Source: an uncultured Acidobacteriota bacterium
GTDB lineage: Bacteria > Acidobacteriota > Vicinamibacteria > Vicinamibacterales > 2-12-FULL-66-21
DNA length: 64,000 nucleotides
Direction: 5' to 3'
Assembly: GCA_963847125.1 (NCBI GenBank)
Contig: CAWJYM010000009.1
Span: 1,106,658 to 1,170,657 of the forward strand
Below, piece by piece: positions 62,198 through 64,000 of this stretch. The notes under the pieces are model-generated. The model saw nothing but the letters and a program-made list of their open reading frames with translations, was not told the origin of the DNA and made no database searches. Each line of letters begins with the position of its first letter. Positions within the stretch are counted from its first letter, which is position 1. The translations under genes were made by a program, and so were the position numbers.

Positions 62198-62240
62198 CGC
62201 AACAGACAGTGTTGCGCAACACATTGTGTTGCGCTATAGT
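62198..62240 (+). promoter_or_regulatory. Two overlapping palindromic operators CGCAACA(N3-5)TGTTGCG followed by a TATAGT -10 box, 8 nt upstream of the Xre-antitoxin ATG
   Basis: cgcaacaGACAGtgttgcg (62198-62216) and cgcaacacATTgtgttgcg (62215-62233). TTGCGC (62212-62217), then N17, then TATAGT (62235-62240). ATG at 62249. Confidence 0.55.
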
Positions 62241-62248
62241 GGTCCCGT

Positions 62249-62581
62249 ATGCCCGTGGCCCTGGCCCAGAAAGTCCGGACGCTCAGCGTGGACTTCCGCT
62301 CCGCGGCGCGGCTGGCGGACCTGCTCGGCGTCAGCCGCTCGCAGGTGACGCGCTGGCTCCGCGGGGCCGGCATCGACCCGCTCAACGCCGAGAAGGTCGA
62401 CCTCCTGGAGCTCGTCTGGTCGAGCCTGCTCCGCATCTACGAACGGGACGCGGCGCTCGCCTGGCTCTTCGGCGTGAACCCGCTGCTCGGCGATCGCCGG
62501 CCCGTCGATCTCATCCGCCTGGGACGGACCGAGGAGCTGATGCGGGCCATTCGCGCCGAGCGGTCCGACGCGTTCGCCTGA
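62249..62581 (+). CDS. Xre-type antitoxin with a toxin-neutralising DUF2384-like C-terminal domain (ParS/MbcA type)
   Basis: HTH AARLADLLGVSRSQVTRWLRG. C-terminus AALAWLFGVNPLLGDRRPVDLIRLGRTEELMRAI is typical of RES-antitoxin domains. Confidence 0.8.
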   Translation: MPVALAQKVRTLSVDFRSAARLADLLGVSRSQVTRWLRGAGIDPLNAEKVDLLELVWSSLLRIYERDAALAWLFGVNPLLGDRRPVDLIRLGRTEELMRAIRAERSDAFA

Positions 62582-62597
62582 CGCCTCCTGTCCGCGT

Positions 62598-63155
62598 GTG
62601 ATCCTCCATCGCTGCTTCGCCTGGGACGAGCGCGCCGGCGACGCCGGACCCGACGGCCCGCTCTGGTTTCCCCGCATCTACCAGGGCGAGGGCCGCCACG
62701 ACAATCCCGACCGCTACGGCTGCGTCTACCTGTCGGCCTCTCCGCTCTCGACCGTCGTCGAACAGCTCGCCCGGTTTCGCGGCCAGCGGCTCCTGCCGTC
62801 GCTGCTGCGCCGGCGCGGGCTGCCGCTTGCCCTGGCCGAGCTCGAGCTCGACGACGACGCGGAGCTCGTGGACCTCGACGATCCCGTCGTGCTGCGGCGG
62901 GAGCGCCTGCGGCCCTCGCGGGTGGCGACGCGCGATCGGCGCATCACGCAGCCGCAGGCCCTGGCGCTGCACGATCGCCACCGCAAGGCGGCCGGCCTGC
63001 GCTGGTGGTCCACGCATGAAGCCGTCTGGATCAACGTGACGTTGTTCGACCGGGCTGCGTCACAGATGCGGGTCGGATCGGTCCGAGCGCTCACCCTCGA
63101 CGATCCCACCGTCGTCGAAGCGGCGGACCACTTCGGACTGCGCGCGCCGGAGTGA
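62598..63155 (+). CDS. RES-domain toxin (NAD+-targeting ParT/MbcT type)
   Basis: GTG start. GEGRHDNPDRYGCVYLSASPLSTVVEQ ... LRWWSTHE carries the R, E and S positions of the RES domain. Sits directly downstream of the Xre antitoxin. Confidence 0.75.
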   Translation: MILHRCFAWDERAGDAGPDGPLWFPRIYQGEGRHDNPDRYGCVYLSASPLSTVVEQLARFRGQRLLPSLLRRRGLPLALAELELDDDAELVDLDDPVVLRRERLRPSRVATRDRRITQPQALALHDRHRKAAGLRWWSTHEAVWINVTLFDRAASQMRVGSVRALTLDDPTVVEAADHFGLRAPE

Positions 63156-63166
63156 CGGCGACTCGC

Positions 63167-64000
63167 TCATTTCTCGCGCGCGAGGTCGGCTTCCGCCGCG
63201 ATCACGCCGAACGGCGCCCAGTCGGGGCCCTCGACGAGTCGCTGCCAGAGCGCGCGCGCCTCGGCCGTCCGGCCGTGAATCGCGTGCCACGCCGAGACTC
63301 CGTAGACGACGGCCGCGCCCGACGGTCCGGTTCCGGCCGCTCCGAGCACATCGTCCGCCGTGCGCGTGCCCTTGTACATCTGACAGAGCGAGTAGTAGCT
63401 GGCGTTCTCGATGACGTCGAGTCCCGGCACGATGGCGTCGAGCGCCCGCGCGGCCTCATCCGATCGGCCGAGTCGCCGCAGCGTGAGGTAGAGCCAGTGT
63501 GTGGCCGACACCAGGTTGTCCGGATTCTTCACCGCATCGCGCGCCCGTTGCCACACCGGCGCCGCCTTCGCGTAGTCCCCCTTGAGATAGTGGGCCAGCG
63601 CGAGGTGATAGCGGATGTTGGACTGAAGCGTGGTCAGCGGGATGTTGCGTGGGTTCGGCTGACCGTCAGGTTCGACCTCGTCCGGTTTGCCGGCCACGAG
63701 CGCGTCGGCGCGCTCGAGATCGGCCACCGCCTTGTCGAACTCGCGCACGGTGATGTAGCGATGTCCGCGGTGCCGCAGGAACCGCGCGTCCCCGGGAAAG
63801 CGCTCGACGCCCTCGGTGAACATCGCGATCGCGTCACGATACCGCCCGAGATACGCGAGACGACGACCGACCCAGATGCGCGCGTCCGGATCGGCAGGCG
63901 CACGGTCCAGCGCGCTGCGCGCGGCGGCAAGGTCTGCTTCGAGTCTGGCCCGAACGCCGTCCGCGACTGGCGGCGACACCAGCGGCTTGCCCAACAGGGA
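63167..64000 (-). CDS. Tetratricopeptide-repeat protein; the 5' end probably lies outside the window
   Basis: TPR-like units (RIWVGRRLAYLGRYRDAIAMFTEGVERFPGD; IRYHLALAHYLKGDYAKAAPVWQRARD). The frame is open to base 64000. Confidence 0.75.
   Translation of the reverse strand, partial: SLLGKPLVSPPVADGVRARLEADLAAARSALDRAPADPDARIWVGRRLAYLGRYRDAIAMFTEGVERFPGDARFLRHRGHRYITVREFDKAVADLERADALVAGKPDEVEPDGQPNPRNIPLTTLQSNIRYHLALAHYLKGDYAKAAPVWQRARDAVKNPDNLVSATHWLYLTLRRLGRSDEAARALDAIVPGLDVIENASYYSLCQMYKGTRTADDVLGAAGTGPSGAAVVYGVSAWHAIHGRTAEARALWQRLVEGPDWAPFGVIAAEADLAREK

Overview
High-G+C bacterial chromosomal window. Gene content suggests an Acidobacteriota-like soil bacterium; this is inferred from a PadR regulator next to a duplicated MacB/FtsX-type permease, three Ser/Thr kinases fused to TolB/PD40 beta-propellers, and a CRTAC1/ASPIC-UnbV protein. 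Core content: an ada-like repair regulator; a giant receiver/receiver/coiled-coil/PAS/degenerate-kinase protein built from 300-bp in-frame tandem repeats; a NarX/NarL-type two-component pair; a complete form-I aerobic CO dehydrogenase cluster (xdhC, mocA, xdhC-YHS, coxD, coxE, coxG, coxM, coxS, coxL); ampG; a metE-like gene; a truncated pgm; ispH; a heterodimeric ABC exporter; and two adjacent type II toxin-antitoxin modules (antitoxin/PIN and Xre/RES). Three scrambled or lower-G+C accessory patches lie at about 11.5-14.5 kb, 29.9-32.1 kb and 39.8-41.9 kb. They hold an HNH-endonuclease selfish element with an internally deleted miniature copy, an IS3 remnant, gene fragments, and a start-less Rhs-type C-terminal cassette. 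That cassette encodes a 12-cysteine candidate toxin domain followed by a 4-TM candidate immunity gene, and it is my best candidate for an undescribed system. Several short palindromic or G-rich repeat families occur, some inserted in frame inside coding sequences. Ten frame breaks in conserved genes are all +1 shifts, and two genes lack an expected stop codon. Assembly error versus real decay must be resolved before any functional claim. No rRNA, tRNA or CRISPR array was found.
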